Shown here piece by piece: positions 18,153-27,594 of a stretch of 64,000 nucleotides of DNA. The position numbers and the translations under genes were made by a program. The notes beneath the pieces are model-generated. The model had not been told where the DNA came from. It worked only from the letters and a program-made list of their open reading frames with translations, and made no database searches. Position 1 is the stretch's first letter. Each line of letters opens with the position of its first letter. Source of the stretch: Bacteriovoracia bacterium (GTDB lineage Bacteria; Bdellovibrionota; UBA1018; JBFWNL01); contig JBFWNL010000008.1 of the NCBI GenBank assembly GCA_050251055.1, positions 1-64,000 on the forward strand, written 5' to 3'.

Positions 18153-19991
18153 CTACTCACTCAGCTCCGACCAACGCGCGTAAAGGCGCTCCACTTCGCC
18201 TTGAGCCGCCGCCAAGTCCGCCATGACTCGATTGAGTCGGACGGAATCCGTGGCAACCTGCGAATCCGCGCACTCGGCCGTAAGCGCGGCCACCTTCGCC
18301 TCGGCTTGCCCGATCGCGGCCTCCATGCCGTCGAGCTCGCGCTGCTCCTTGAAGCTCAGTTTTTTCTTTTTCGCGCCCCCCGGTTGCGCGGACGGGACGT
18401 TTGCGGCCGTCCGCGACTCGGGGCCAGCGAGCCGCGCCGCCTGTCCATCGTGCCAAGCTTCCCATTGCCGCAATCCCTCGAAGGGCACGATGCACTTCGC
18501 GCCCTGCTCGTTCACGCCAAAGGCGAGAATTTGCTTGGCAACTTGATCGAGGAAATACCGATCATGGGTAACCAAGATCACGGCGCCGTTATACTCCTGC
18601 AGGACGTCTTGCAGGACATCCAACGTAGCCATATCCAGATCGTTGGTTGGCTCATCGAGAATCAATAGATTGGCCTCCGTGAGCATCAGCCTCGCGAGCA
18701 GTAGCCGGCTTTGCTCGCCTCCCGATAGCTTGCCCACGGCCATCTCCGCTTGCCCGGCCGTGAAGAGGAACCGATCGAGGTAACTGCGGACGTGAACACG
18801 AGTACCCCGGTAATCGACATGATCGCCATTGGGGCAGATCGTCTTCAGTACCGACGTCTGTGGGTCGAGACTTTCGCGATTCTGCTCGAAGTAAGAGACC
18901 GTCAACTGGTCCGAACGCGCGATGGTCCCTCCATCGGAATTTTCGGATCCAATGAGCATGCGAATGAGCGTCGACTTCCCACATCCATTGGGGCCGAGGA
19001 GGCCCACGCGGCTTTGGGGCGTGATCAAGAGGTCGATCTTCGGGACAATCACGCGGCCCCCATAGCTCTTGGCGATGCCTTGAGCATCGACCAGTTTCTT
19101 GGGATTGCGTTCCGCGCTTTGGAAATTCAGCCGCACCGACTGGGTCTGGTTCCGGTAGGCGAGCTCGTCAACCTCGTCCGAGAGCGTGCCATGCCGCTGG
19201 ATGCGGGCCTGCTGCTTCGTGGTCCGCGCCTTCGCGCCCTGGCGTAACCACTCGGTTTCCCGTCGCAGCGTATTGCGGAGCCGGGTCTCCGTGCTCTGCT
19301 GGGAGGCCAGCAGCTGCTCCTTCGTCTCCAAATACTGGGCGTAGCCCCCGGGCACGCTCAAGATGCCGCCGGGATTGCGGCGATCGAGCTCCAGAATCCG
19401 ATTGGAGATGCGCTGGAGGAACGCGCGATCGTGGGTGATCGTGAGGGTCGCGAAGCGCGCATTGGCCAACAGGTCTTCCAGCCAAAGAATACTTTCCACG
19501 TCCAGATGGTTGGTAGGCTCATCGAGCAGGAGCAGATCGGGCTGGCGCAATAGCTCACGCGCGAGCGCCACGCGCTTTTTCCAGCCTCCGGACAGCTTGG
19601 CAATGGGAGTTTCCGGGCTCACCCCGGCGGTTTCACCGGAAAGTGAAAGCTTGGCCATCACCTCCTGGGCCCGGGAGATATGCTCCCAGTCGTACGGATC
19701 GGCGCCTTCGTCGACGATGCCTTCCATAACCGATGTCTGTACCGTCGCGTCGGATTGGAACTGAGGTACCTGCTCCAGATAACCCACGCGCAGCCCTCTT
19801 TGGGTGGAGAGCGTCCCTTCATCCGGCGAAGTGCGGCCAGCCAAGATCTTCAGGAGCGTGCTCTTGCCCGCGCCGTTCGGGCCGATCAAGCCCACGCGCT
19901 CGCCCGTTTCGATGGAAAAGCTCAAGCCGTCGAACAAGGGCCGCGCCGAAAATGACTTCGTGATTTGGTGGGCATTAACCAGGATTGGCAC
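18153..19991 (-). CDS. uup: ABC-F family ATP-binding protein Uup
   Basis: Two ABC domains (GPNGAGKST, GPNGCGKST), EWLRQGAKARTTK linker, KKKLSFKEQREL C-terminal domain. Confidence 0.92.
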   Translation of the reverse strand: MPILVNAHQITKSFSARPLFDGLSFSIETGERVGLIGPNGAGKSTLLKILAGRTSPDEGTLSTQRGLRVGYLEQVPQFQSDATVQTSVMEGIVDEGADPYDWEHISRAQEVMAKLSLSGETAGVSPETPIAKLSGGWKKRVALARELLRQPDLLLLDEPTNHLDVESILWLEDLLANARFATLTITHDRAFLQRISNRILELDRRNPGGILSVPGGYAQYLETKEQLLASQQSTETRLRNTLRRETEWLRQGAKARTTKQQARIQRHGTLSDEVDELAYRNQTQSVRLNFQSAERNPKKLVDAQGIAKSYGGRVIVPKIDLLITPQSRVGLLGPNGCGKSTLIRMLIGSENSDGGTIARSDQLTVSYFEQNRESLDPQTSVLKTICPNGDHVDYRGTRVHVRSYLDRFLFTAGQAEMAVGKLSGGEQSRLLLARLMLTEANLLILDEPTNDLDMATLDVLQDVLQEYNGAVILVTHDRYFLDQVAKQILAFGVNEQGAKCIVPFEGLRQWEAWHDGQAARLAGPESRTAANVPSAQPGGAKKKKLSFKEQRELDGMEAAIGQAEAKVAALTAECADSQVATDSVRLNRVMADLAAAQGEVERLYARWSELSE

Positions 19992-20075
19992 TCGGGCTGA
20001 CCTTACAACGATTTTAGACAGGCGTCGAAAATATATTTAGCCCCAAAGGCGCGGATCCAGGCATATGCTAGGAGC

Positions 20076-20249
20076 ATGGAAACCGATGTCGATTGCCCTT
20101 TTTGCGGGGAGTCCTTCTCCGTCGTGGTGGACACCTCCGAAGATCACCAAAGTTACATCGAGGACTGCTATGTCTGCTGCCGCCCCATTCAATTCACCGT
20201 GATCTGCGAGGGGGGTGAGCTCGTTTCCATCGAGGCCGCGCGCGAGTGA
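20076..20249 (+). CDS. CPXCG-motif cysteine-rich protein
   Basis: Read by eye: METDVDCPFCGESF...YIEDCYVCCRPI; AGGAG RBS; 57 aa, absent from the ORF track. Confidence 0.88.
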   Translation: METDVDCPFCGESFSVVVDTSEDHQSYIEDCYVCCRPIQFTVICEGGELVSIEAARE

Positions 20250-20274
20250 AGCTACCGCGACCCACGAGACGAGT

Positions 20275-21150
20275 CTATTCACTGGTCTTTTTCGTGACGG
20301 GGAAAAACTGGAAATTGATTTGATACACCCGTTCGGCCTTCGCGTCCTGCGAACAAAAAGCCAGGAGGTCCTTGCGAAACTGCTGGATCAGGACTTTGGC
20401 TTTCGCCGCCGTTTCCTCGGAGATCGAGCAAGTGATCGACGAAACGTCGCGTAGCTCGCGCGGAATGACGTCGAACGACTCGGCCGCCAGGCGCATGGTG
20501 CTGCGATGGAACTCGGCCACCTGTTCGGACTTCACCTCGTCGCCGGTGGTGATGTTTTCGTCGATCTGCACGAGTTTTCCCTGATCATTCCGCTGGAGGA
20601 GGCCCATTTCGAGCAGGCGCTCAATCCCGCGAATGGCCTCGCTGGGCAATATCCGCGGGATCATGTGCTGAGCGATCCAGATCGGGTCCTCGCGGAATCC
20701 CGGATGCGTGACCATCTCGCGCAGGGGGATATAATACCAGGCCGTGTAATAGTTCAGCTGCTGCTCGGAGAGGGCCCGCACGCGGCGCTTGAGGCGGATC
20801 TTCCGCACCTTCTCCCGAATCTGGTCCCTGACCCCGTCGTTCTCCGTCTGCGACATCAAAACGAGATCGGAAAAAAAATCGGCTTGGATGCGGGTCATGC
20901 GCAGCGCCCGCAAAAACTGCTGTAAGCTCGCCTCGGTGAGATTGCGCTTCCCCTCGATCACCAGCTTCAGGAAGTTGGGCGACTTCAGGCCCGCGCGACG
21001 GGCAAAATTGCGGAAGGAGAAACCCGCCTCTACTTCCTTGCGATGAACGTAGAAATCGGCCAGGAATGCCCGGTAGTCGTCGTATTCAAATACGTTGGGA
21101 GCCGTTTTAGCGTTGGACAATACCCCATCCTTTATGTCGGCCGGACTCAC
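20275..21150 (-). CDS. TIGR02147 (DUF4423) family putative DNA-binding regulator
   Basis: FEYDDYRAFL...FSFRNFARRAGLKSPNFLKLVIEGKRNL (HTH-like), YYTAWYYIPLRE, RDVSSIT, VYQINFQFFP. Confidence 0.9.
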   Translation of the reverse strand: MSPADIKDGVLSNAKTAPNVFEYDDYRAFLADFYVHRKEVEAGFSFRNFARRAGLKSPNFLKLVIEGKRNLTEASLQQFLRALRMTRIQADFFSDLVLMSQTENDGVRDQIREKVRKIRLKRRVRALSEQQLNYYTAWYYIPLREMVTHPGFREDPIWIAQHMIPRILPSEAIRGIERLLEMGLLQRNDQGKLVQIDENITTGDEVKSEQVAEFHRSTMRLAAESFDVIPRELRDVSSITCSISEETAAKAKVLIQQFRKDLLAFCSQDAKAERVYQINFQFFPVTKKTSE

Positions 21151-21258
21151 TCACCCTCCGGTTTATACCAGATTCCAGGGGCATGGGGGCTGGGCTTAGG
21201 AAGGTGAGTGAGTCGACCCGTAAAAACAGCCTAACACCCCAGTATTTGCCCCGGGGAT

Positions 21259-21314
21259 GTGTCCGTCCAGACACATCCGCCAAATCGCATCCTATTCGTA
21301 TTCAACTCGAATAC
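21259..21314. promoter_or_regulatory. composite box B-N23-box A element in the divergent TIGR02147/lipoprotein promoter region
   Basis: GTGTC-CGTCCA-GACAC (21259-21274; extends to GGATGTGTC/GACACATCC), 23 bp, GTATTC-AACTC-GAATAC (21298-21314). Confidence 0.75.
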
Positions 21315-21397
21315 GTGTTCTCCCCAAACCCCTTGAGTCCACCTAGATAAAAACCGACTAATAACATATAATATTAAGAGAGCGAGGGGGCCAATTC

Positions 21398-21988
21398 ATG
21401 CGTATCTCTTCATTTTCTAAAAGAAAGCTGATCTGCGCCAGTCTTTTATTGGCTTTGGCCGCGGCGGGCTTTTCGTGCAGCCCGCGCATCAACTCGGACA
21501 GCCAGCGCATCGGCACCGAAACCGGAAACCCCATCTTGCTCTCTCCTGAACAGCGGGCGAGCCAAATCGGCCAGATTCTAATTCAGGCCTGCCAGCTGCT
21601 GCAGTACGCGTTTGAAAACGAAACCGACGGCGGGGCGCTTTACGCGAGCTGCATCAACGGCAACCGCGACCTCGTAGGATATGCCCCTCGGTTAGGTCTC
21701 ACGGGATTTCAGGAACTCACGCTCGTGGAACTCATCGACAGAGAACTGCGGGGAGAGATTTTCCCCATTAAGGACAATCCCGCCCTCTGCCGCGAGGACA
21801 TCGCTAACATTCCTTGGAACGCGCCCGAATTGAGCTCCCTTTGCGATCCGGCGACCCAGGACTGTCCGGGCGCCCAAAAAGTACTCAGCATCAACGTCCG
21901 CCACTGCTCGCGCTCCATGGGCGGCGGAGATAAGCCCCAACCGCCCAACCCCCACGACGAGTCTGCCGCCGTCATCGGCATCGATTAA
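21398..21988 (+). CDS. hypothetical Cys-rich lipoprotein
   Basis: GFSC lipobox followed by a GTETGNP motif; divergent from TIGR02147. Confidence 0.75.
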   Translation: MRISSFSKRKLICASLLLALAAAGFSCSPRINSDSQRIGTETGNPILLSPEQRASQIGQILIQACQLLQYAFENETDGGALYASCINGNRDLVGYAPRLGLTGFQELTLVELIDRELRGEIFPIKDNPALCREDIANIPWNAPELSSLCDPATQDCPGAQKVLSINVRHCSRSMGGGDKPQPPNPHDESAAVIGID

Positions 21989-23103
21989 TGAAGCAAACTG
22001 GGCCTTGCGTCACGCTCTGTCTTGCGCTCGCGCTGTCCGCCGCAGGGGGAGGTTGCACGGCCAAGTTTTCCCGGGCGGTCAAACGGCACGGCTATCTTTA
22101 CTACGGCTCGAGTTTTCCCCAGGGGATCCTAGGCCACTTCCGCGTGGATTTAGATGCAGGCACGCTGAGCGAGGACACCAACGACATTCCCCTCCTCTAC
22201 CAAGGCGCGGGCGTGCAGATCTCCCCCGGTATTTCCCCGCCTTTTTTTCCCACCAACGGTCTGGTTTGGCTGCCCAGCTCGCTTACCCAAAGTATCCTGG
22301 TCGCGCGCATCAACGCGGCCACGGGGGGACTCATCTACGCGGACCAAGGCTTCGCGGATGCGGCCGTCACTGCCCTGGCCGTGGATCCCAGCCATCGCTT
22401 CATGGTGGGTTTCAACACCGTCAGCACGCCGGTGAAGGCATTCAGCTTGGACGAAGCGGGTACTCCCGTCTTAATCAATTCTCAGTCGCTGGGCGGGAGT
22501 TTTCCCGTACGAGCCGCCTTTAGCTCCACGGGCAACTTCCTCTTTGTGGCGACCAATTCCTCGGGTATCGTCACGCTTCCGTTCAACACAAGCACGGGAA
22601 GCCTTTCCGCATTTACGTCCACCAGCCCTCTAGGAGGAGGAACGGCGATAAAAATCGAGGCACATCCCAGAGAACAGATTCTCATCGGCGCCTTCAACAC
22701 CTCGCTGACCATCCAGTCCATGGCGATCAACGGCTCCACCGGCGCTCTCACGGGTGTGCAGTCGGAAAGCATCTCCGCGAATATTTCGGACTTCACCCTT
22801 CACCCCACCCTCGACAGTTTTTATGTCTTAAAGCAATCCTCTCCGGGAGAAATTCGCGCTTACTCCATAAACACCGCTACCGGCGCCTTTACGTATGCGT
22901 CGACGCAGGTGCTGAGTCAGGTGGATGTTTACCGATCGATGGAAATTAGCCGTGACGGGCGATTCCTGTATGCCGCCACGGATTCCGCCGTAGAAGTCTT
23001 TTCCGTTTCCGAAGATGGACTGGAACTTTCCGCCGTACAGACGCTTTCCGCTTCGGGGCGGAAAGATTTTCTCACCTTCGCGGCGGTATTGCAGGAACTA
23101 TAA
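21988..23103 (+). CDS. lactonase-like beta-propeller lipoprotein
   Basis: AVDPSHRF, FSSTGNFLFVA, ISRDGRFLYAA blades; INxxTGAL repeats; TAATG coupling. Confidence 0.8.
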   Translation: MKQTGPCVTLCLALALSAAGGGCTAKFSRAVKRHGYLYYGSSFPQGILGHFRVDLDAGTLSEDTNDIPLLYQGAGVQISPGISPPFFPTNGLVWLPSSLTQSILVARINAATGGLIYADQGFADAAVTALAVDPSHRFMVGFNTVSTPVKAFSLDEAGTPVLINSQSLGGSFPVRAAFSSTGNFLFVATNSSGIVTLPFNTSTGSLSAFTSTSPLGGGTAIKIEAHPREQILIGAFNTSLTIQSMAINGSTGALTGVQSESISANISDFTLHPTLDSFYVLKQSSPGEIRAYSINTATGAFTYASTQVLSQVDVYRSMEISRDGRFLYAATDSAVEVFSVSEDGLELSAVQTLSASGRKDFLTFAAVLQEL

Positions 23104-23120
23104 GTCGATTCTACGGCATT

Positions 23121-23381
23121 TCAGATAAATCCAAATACGTTATAAAGACAGATTAGGAGCTGGTGCCTTAGATATTCCTCATACTCATCGGGATCCCAGC
23201 CGCTCAAGACGTGAGCTGAACCATAGGCATAGGTTGAAAAACAACCCATCATTCTTTCATGCTGCGTCTTATCCGATGGCGGTTGGTCACCATCCCGCTG
23301 TCGCCGTTCCGCAGAAGAAGACAACGGCAAGGCGAGAAAAATGCAGGCCACCAAAAATACATTTTTAGATTTTCTAGTCAT
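23121..23381 (-). CDS. small secreted hypothetical protein
   Basis: Signal peptide ending SSSA; AT-richer than neighbours; start uncertain (23381-23417). Confidence 0.55.
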   Translation of the reverse strand: MTRKSKNVFLVACIFLALPLSSSAERRQRDGDQPPSDKTQHERMMGCFSTYAYGSAHVLSGWDPDEYEEYLRHQLLICLYNVFGFI

Positions 23382-23435
23382 AGTTTTATCCATCTTTTGT
23401 TTTTTTATCGCTCGCATCCACTACATGGATCCTCG

Positions 23436-24761
23436 TTAGCGGAGATACTCCATCTCCACGGAAAGCTGGATGGCATCCCGATGCTGGCAGTCGCTGCTGT
23501 CGTCGTCGCCCGTGATCGCTAACATCAGGTCGACGCGGTTCCGGCTTCGAATGCGACTGCCCAAAGCCTGTCCGACGGGAACCGCTTCCGGATTCTCCAG
23601 GTTTAGAGAAAATGGCCCCACCCGCTCCGTGCGTGGAATCTCGCACCGGTAAGGCAGGATACAGTTCGTTACGGGGTCCGGCGCCTTCGCCTGCGATTCT
23701 CCCCCCCGAATCGTTTCCCAGGAGTAATCCCGTAATCCGTCGGCACCTTGGGGAAAAATGGAGACCGGCATCTTCAAACTGCTCGTCATCAGAACCGCGT
23801 TGTTTAGGGTGAGGATCAGGTGATCGTCGTATTTGAATTGAGTAGCCGTGCCGTAGATCCGCTTCACCCGGCACACCGTCCCCGCGGGCAATGGGCTTTG
23901 AATGAGCTGTTCGTGGCGCGCTTGGGTATGTCCTGAGCGTCGTCCCAGATTTCCGCCTTGGTTCCAATCGCAGTGAAGACTCCCGCGGGTTTCCGGCAAG
24001 GTCATCGTGACCGTCCTGACCTCGAAGGGCCCCGTATCGCATCGAGGCGGGGCAGGCGGCACGACCGGAGGCGGTGTGGTGGGCGGCCCCGTCGGACGAG
24101 CGACGGGATTTCTAAGATCCGAATAGGAAGCGGCGCAAACGGGTCGATTATCCACCACCCCGACCATCACCTCTCCCGCGACCGGGCACGTCGCTCCCGC
24201 CACCGAGATCGGTCCACAGACCGGCACGCCTCCGACTCCCAGGGAAATGACCGACTCGCCAGCCGGGCAGAGCGCTTCCGACCTTCCCATGAAGGAGCCG
24301 CAGCTCAATACCCGATCCAGGCCCGGCCGTTCCAGTTGCACGATGAATTGAAAACTTTCTGGACGAAGCGAATTGCCCCCCACTTCTCCGGACTGGGCCC
24401 GTTCAATGCTTAAATCTAGCCGGACCTGATAGATGTCTTCGCTAAAACGGTAAACCGGGGTCAGACCCAGGGATCGGATGAGAATTCGATCTTGTACAGA
24501 CCCTTCCGAATAAACCGCGCCATCCCTACTGGCGAAAGAAATCGGAGAAGTCCCGTTCGCATTGAAGGGCTGCCCTGCGAGCGCGCTACTGCATCGCTCC
24601 TTATTGACCAGGTGATACATCATATTATTGATGAGTTCGGAGCGATCGTCCGTGGTCACCATTCCTTGCTCGGCGCGCTTGGAGAGGACCACCGCGCTGC
24701 CGATACCACCGGCCACGACCGCGGCTGCCGCGATAGCCGCCATGGTTTCAGCTAGATTCAT
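23436..24761 (-). CDS. pilin-like Cys-rich protein
   Basis: MNLAE + hydrophobic helix (Glu5), CPAG repeats, Pro-rich linker, distinct C-terminal domain. Confidence 0.75.
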   Translation of the reverse strand: MNLAETMAAIAAAAVVAGGIGSAVVLSKRAEQGMVTTDDRSELINNMMYHLVNKERCSSALAGQPFNANGTSPISFASRDGAVYSEGSVQDRILIRSLGLTPVYRFSEDIYQVRLDLSIERAQSGEVGGNSLRPESFQFIVQLERPGLDRVLSCGSFMGRSEALCPAGESVISLGVGGVPVCGPISVAGATCPVAGEVMVGVVDNRPVCAASYSDLRNPVARPTGPPTTPPPVVPPAPPRCDTGPFEVRTVTMTLPETRGSLHCDWNQGGNLGRRSGHTQARHEQLIQSPLPAGTVCRVKRIYGTATQFKYDDHLILTLNNAVLMTSSLKMPVSIFPQGADGLRDYSWETIRGGESQAKAPDPVTNCILPYRCEIPRTERVGPFSLNLENPEAVPVGQALGSRIRSRNRVDLMLAITGDDDSSDCQHRDAIQLSVEMEYLR

Positions 24762-26190
24762 AACGCTTCCCCTGGTGAGTCGGTTCGACCTTCATCCCGT
24801 TCGGCACGTAGCAGTCGTGCTGGGGATCGCTCGAAACCGAATTACAAAATGAAATCTTCACCGAAAGCTCGGTCGCCGGCTGATTCAACGCCTTCGGGAA
24901 TCCGCCGCAGGACACGTCGCCGTTGAGATGGATGAGTTGATCATCCTTTGCCAAGCGGTAAGCGAACACCCATTCCGCGCCGGGGCGCGTGCCCGCCGGA
25001 AACTCCTCGCCGGTTCGGAGGCCCAACGGACGCAGAGGCAAGCTCCCTGGCGCGTAGGCATGGGCAAAACCGAAGTAAGGGCTTCCTCGGTAGTCCGAGT
25101 AAGGCGAATCTAAGTTTCTAGGGTTAATCGTACTTTCGAAGAGCTTTTCCCAGGTGTTTCCCGGTGGCAAATATCCGCCATGGGGAGAATAGGCGTTGGT
25201 GAGGTTAATCCGAAGATGCGACGCCCCTCCCAGTACCCATTCCAGCGCCGACGCATCGTTTGACTCCTGTCGGAAGGATTGGGATACAATCCGGGTTACC
25301 GCGATCACGCTGCGGGAAGGCACCGCGAAGACATCGGTAAACGACTCCTGCGGTGAGCTGCCCAGTTCTTTCTCCGTCCCATTGCCGGAAACGATCGGCA
25401 CTCCGTTTTTCCATCGACAGGAGATCTCCCGACGGTAAGTGAAGGCGGACGCGGCGGCCACCGGAAGGGGGGCGCAGACCGCCGCGCCATTCTCGAAGCC
25501 AATGAGTCCATTTCCCTGACCACAGGAAAACGGAGGAATGTTAGTCCCGATCCGGCCATCGCATACGGGGCGCCCTTGCGAGTCGATTCCCGTAAATACT
25601 CCCGTTTCGCACGCGATCGGGGCTTGGATTTGACTCGCCGGGGTCCGGGTATCCAGGCATTGCCCGACGGTAAACTGAGTACCGTCCAGGATCCCTTGTA
25701 GTTGCACCGGCGTATCCGACAAAGTTTTCCTTTGCCCTTGGGATTTCACCCAGAGCTGCAGTCTCCCCCGCAGAGCCACCGGCACACTGTCATCGGCCGA
25801 AAGGGGCAGGGTACTCGCGGCGGTCGCGACCGTGGCTTCCACGGACATCCCGTCAAACTGAACATCCCCCCACAAGGGCGTACCGACGCGCCAGCGCACG
25901 CCGTTCGGGAAGAGAACCGTCTCTTGCCGAGCGCGGTAGATCGTGGCACCGACCGAAGACGACGACGCGCGCAGACTCAGATTTTTCACGAACTGCGAAC
26001 AGGTAGCGCTGTTTTCCAAGAGGTACCCGTAGCGGACCTCTCCTTCCATGGCCTGCGAGCGCGTGCGGGCGGCGGCCGCCTGCTTCGCGCCCCATCCGCT
26101 CCACTGCAAAGTCGGCAATAGCACCGCCAGCACCATCAGGCCGCCCAATAGGACGGAAACCAACGACTCCCCACGGTTGCTCAAATTCAT
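24748..26190 (-). CDS. pilin-like Cys-rich protein
   Basis: GGAGG RBS; MNLSNRG|ESLVSVLL leader; C..G..GIDSQGRPVC repeats; start revised from 26304. Confidence 0.75.
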   Translation of the reverse strand: MNLSNRGESLVSVLLGGLMVLAVLLPTLQWSGWGAKQAAAARTRSQAMEGEVRYGYLLENSATCSQFVKNLSLRASSSSVGATIYRARQETVLFPNGVRWRVGTPLWGDVQFDGMSVEATVATAASTLPLSADDSVPVALRGRLQLWVKSQGQRKTLSDTPVQLQGILDGTQFTVGQCLDTRTPASQIQAPIACETGVFTGIDSQGRPVCDGRIGTNIPPFSCGQGNGLIGFENGAAVCAPLPVAAASAFTYRREISCRWKNGVPIVSGNGTEKELGSSPQESFTDVFAVPSRSVIAVTRIVSQSFRQESNDASALEWVLGGASHLRINLTNAYSPHGGYLPPGNTWEKLFESTINPRNLDSPYSDYRGSPYFGFAHAYAPGSLPLRPLGLRTGEEFPAGTRPGAEWVFAYRLAKDDQLIHLNGDVSCGGFPKALNQPATELSVKISFCNSVSSDPQHDCYVPNGMKVEPTHQGKRYESS

Positions 26191-27542
26191 GGGCCTCCTC
26201 CGCAGGTGGTATGGAGCATGCGTTTTTCCATCATGGTGAGCTGATACTTCCCGGTTTCCCGGCCCAAGGACGACGCCGGTGCGTGCTCGATGGCATTCAC
26301 CCATTCTGCCCTGGTCTCAAAGGCATCAACTATCCGAATGGCTCCCGATGAAAGCCTTTCGTAGGCGCGCAGGATTCTGCGATTTTCCGAGGCCGATTCA
26401 TTCGGCCGCCAATCATTCAAAAGATCGAGGAGCCGGTTGTCTGATTTTTGATCCAAGACCGTCCAACTTCCGTCTGGCAAAGAGAATCCACCGGGAAAGG
26501 TGGTGATTTGCCGTCTTTGTTCCAACACTTTATTCCCCCAAGGGTACCCAATGCGCATGCAAGCCCGTCTTCCCTGAGAATCGGTCAGATTTCGGTTACT
26601 GGTCGCCGTCCAGATCGAACCCACCCAAAAATCACAGTGAGAACTGTAATCGCTTTGATTCAGCTGGTAGAGGCTACCCCCGGGTATCGCCTCCCAGATC
26701 TTATCTCGGCCGCCGCCGACTTGGATTTCCCTCTCCACTAGGACCGCCAGATGAACGACTTCCACCTCTCCACAAGCCGAGGGAGAGTATCCCTCCGGAT
26801 ATTCTCCCTCGACCGGACTAGTCGTCGCGGGAGCCACGCAACGAAAAGTGGAGTTAGCGCCGGGCGTGGAAACGGCGAACTGCCCGGCGGGGCAGCGCAA
26901 AGGCACGGTGGAGTTCGGAATGGTAGGAGGCCGACACAAGATCCTCCCCTCATCATTATATCCAACGCTGACCAATCCCGCTTCGCAGGTTTGCCCGAAG
27001 GGGGTGACCTGCCCGTCGCTCAGGGAGCATTTGGCGATACGGGTGCCGTCGGGCGTCGCCTCGAGGCGAATCGGAAACTCATAGTTCTGCTGCTTCACGC
27101 CCATGAGGTTTGCCATCCAGGAGCGGTCCGCCGGAACGCGTATCTTCCAATCCGGGGATCCTCCCGCCGGGGCGACTAAGAGTGGACGACCCACGCGGGC
27201 CTGAAGTTCGGGAATCAGCTGGGGTTGGGACGTGTTGAGGACCACGATGCGGCCCGCCCAGGGGATCGAAAAGCTCAAAGGAGCGTTAGGTGCCGTGCCC
27301 GCTGGCAGTCGCTGTCCGCCAATCAGGGAGGCGCAGCTCTGCGGATCGATCAGCTGAAGACGAATCGCGTCCTTCATCTGCTCGTCCGCCCAGGCCATTT
27401 TCACGCGAAATTCACGCTTCCGCATGAGCAAAAAGGTATCCGACTTCATAAAGAGCCCGGCGCTCACCACGCTAATCGCGGCCAAGGCGGCTAGCACCGT
27501 GGATCCGTGAATTTCGCCGTGTATACGGAACCCTCTGTCCAC
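26187..27542 (-). CDS. pilin-like Cys-rich protein
   Basis: IHG|STVLAALAA leader; CEAG/CPAG repeats; ATGA coupling to the next gene. Confidence 0.7.
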   Translation of the reverse strand: MDRGFRIHGEIHGSTVLAALAAISVVSAGLFMKSDTFLLMRKREFRVKMAWADEQMKDAIRLQLIDPQSCASLIGGQRLPAGTAPNAPLSFSIPWAGRIVVLNTSQPQLIPELQARVGRPLLVAPAGGSPDWKIRVPADRSWMANLMGVKQQNYEFPIRLEATPDGTRIAKCSLSDGQVTPFGQTCEAGLVSVGYNDEGRILCRPPTIPNSTVPLRCPAGQFAVSTPGANSTFRCVAPATTSPVEGEYPEGYSPSACGEVEVVHLAVLVEREIQVGGGRDKIWEAIPGGSLYQLNQSDYSSHCDFWVGSIWTATSNRNLTDSQGRRACMRIGYPWGNKVLEQRRQITTFPGGFSLPDGSWTVLDQKSDNRLLDLLNDWRPNESASENRRILRAYERLSSGAIRIVDAFETRAEWVNAIEHAPASSLGRETGKYQLTMMEKRMLHTTCGGGP

Positions 27543-27594
27543 CGTAAATCCCCCTCTCTATCCAGGGTAGTGGAGAAGGGAGGAGCCCAAGGAT

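Noticed and set aside
11134-27542. Shufflon or DGR diversifying the pilin C-termini
   Set aside because: No recombinase, reverse transcriptase, sfx-like repeats or TR/VR pair noticed in the window
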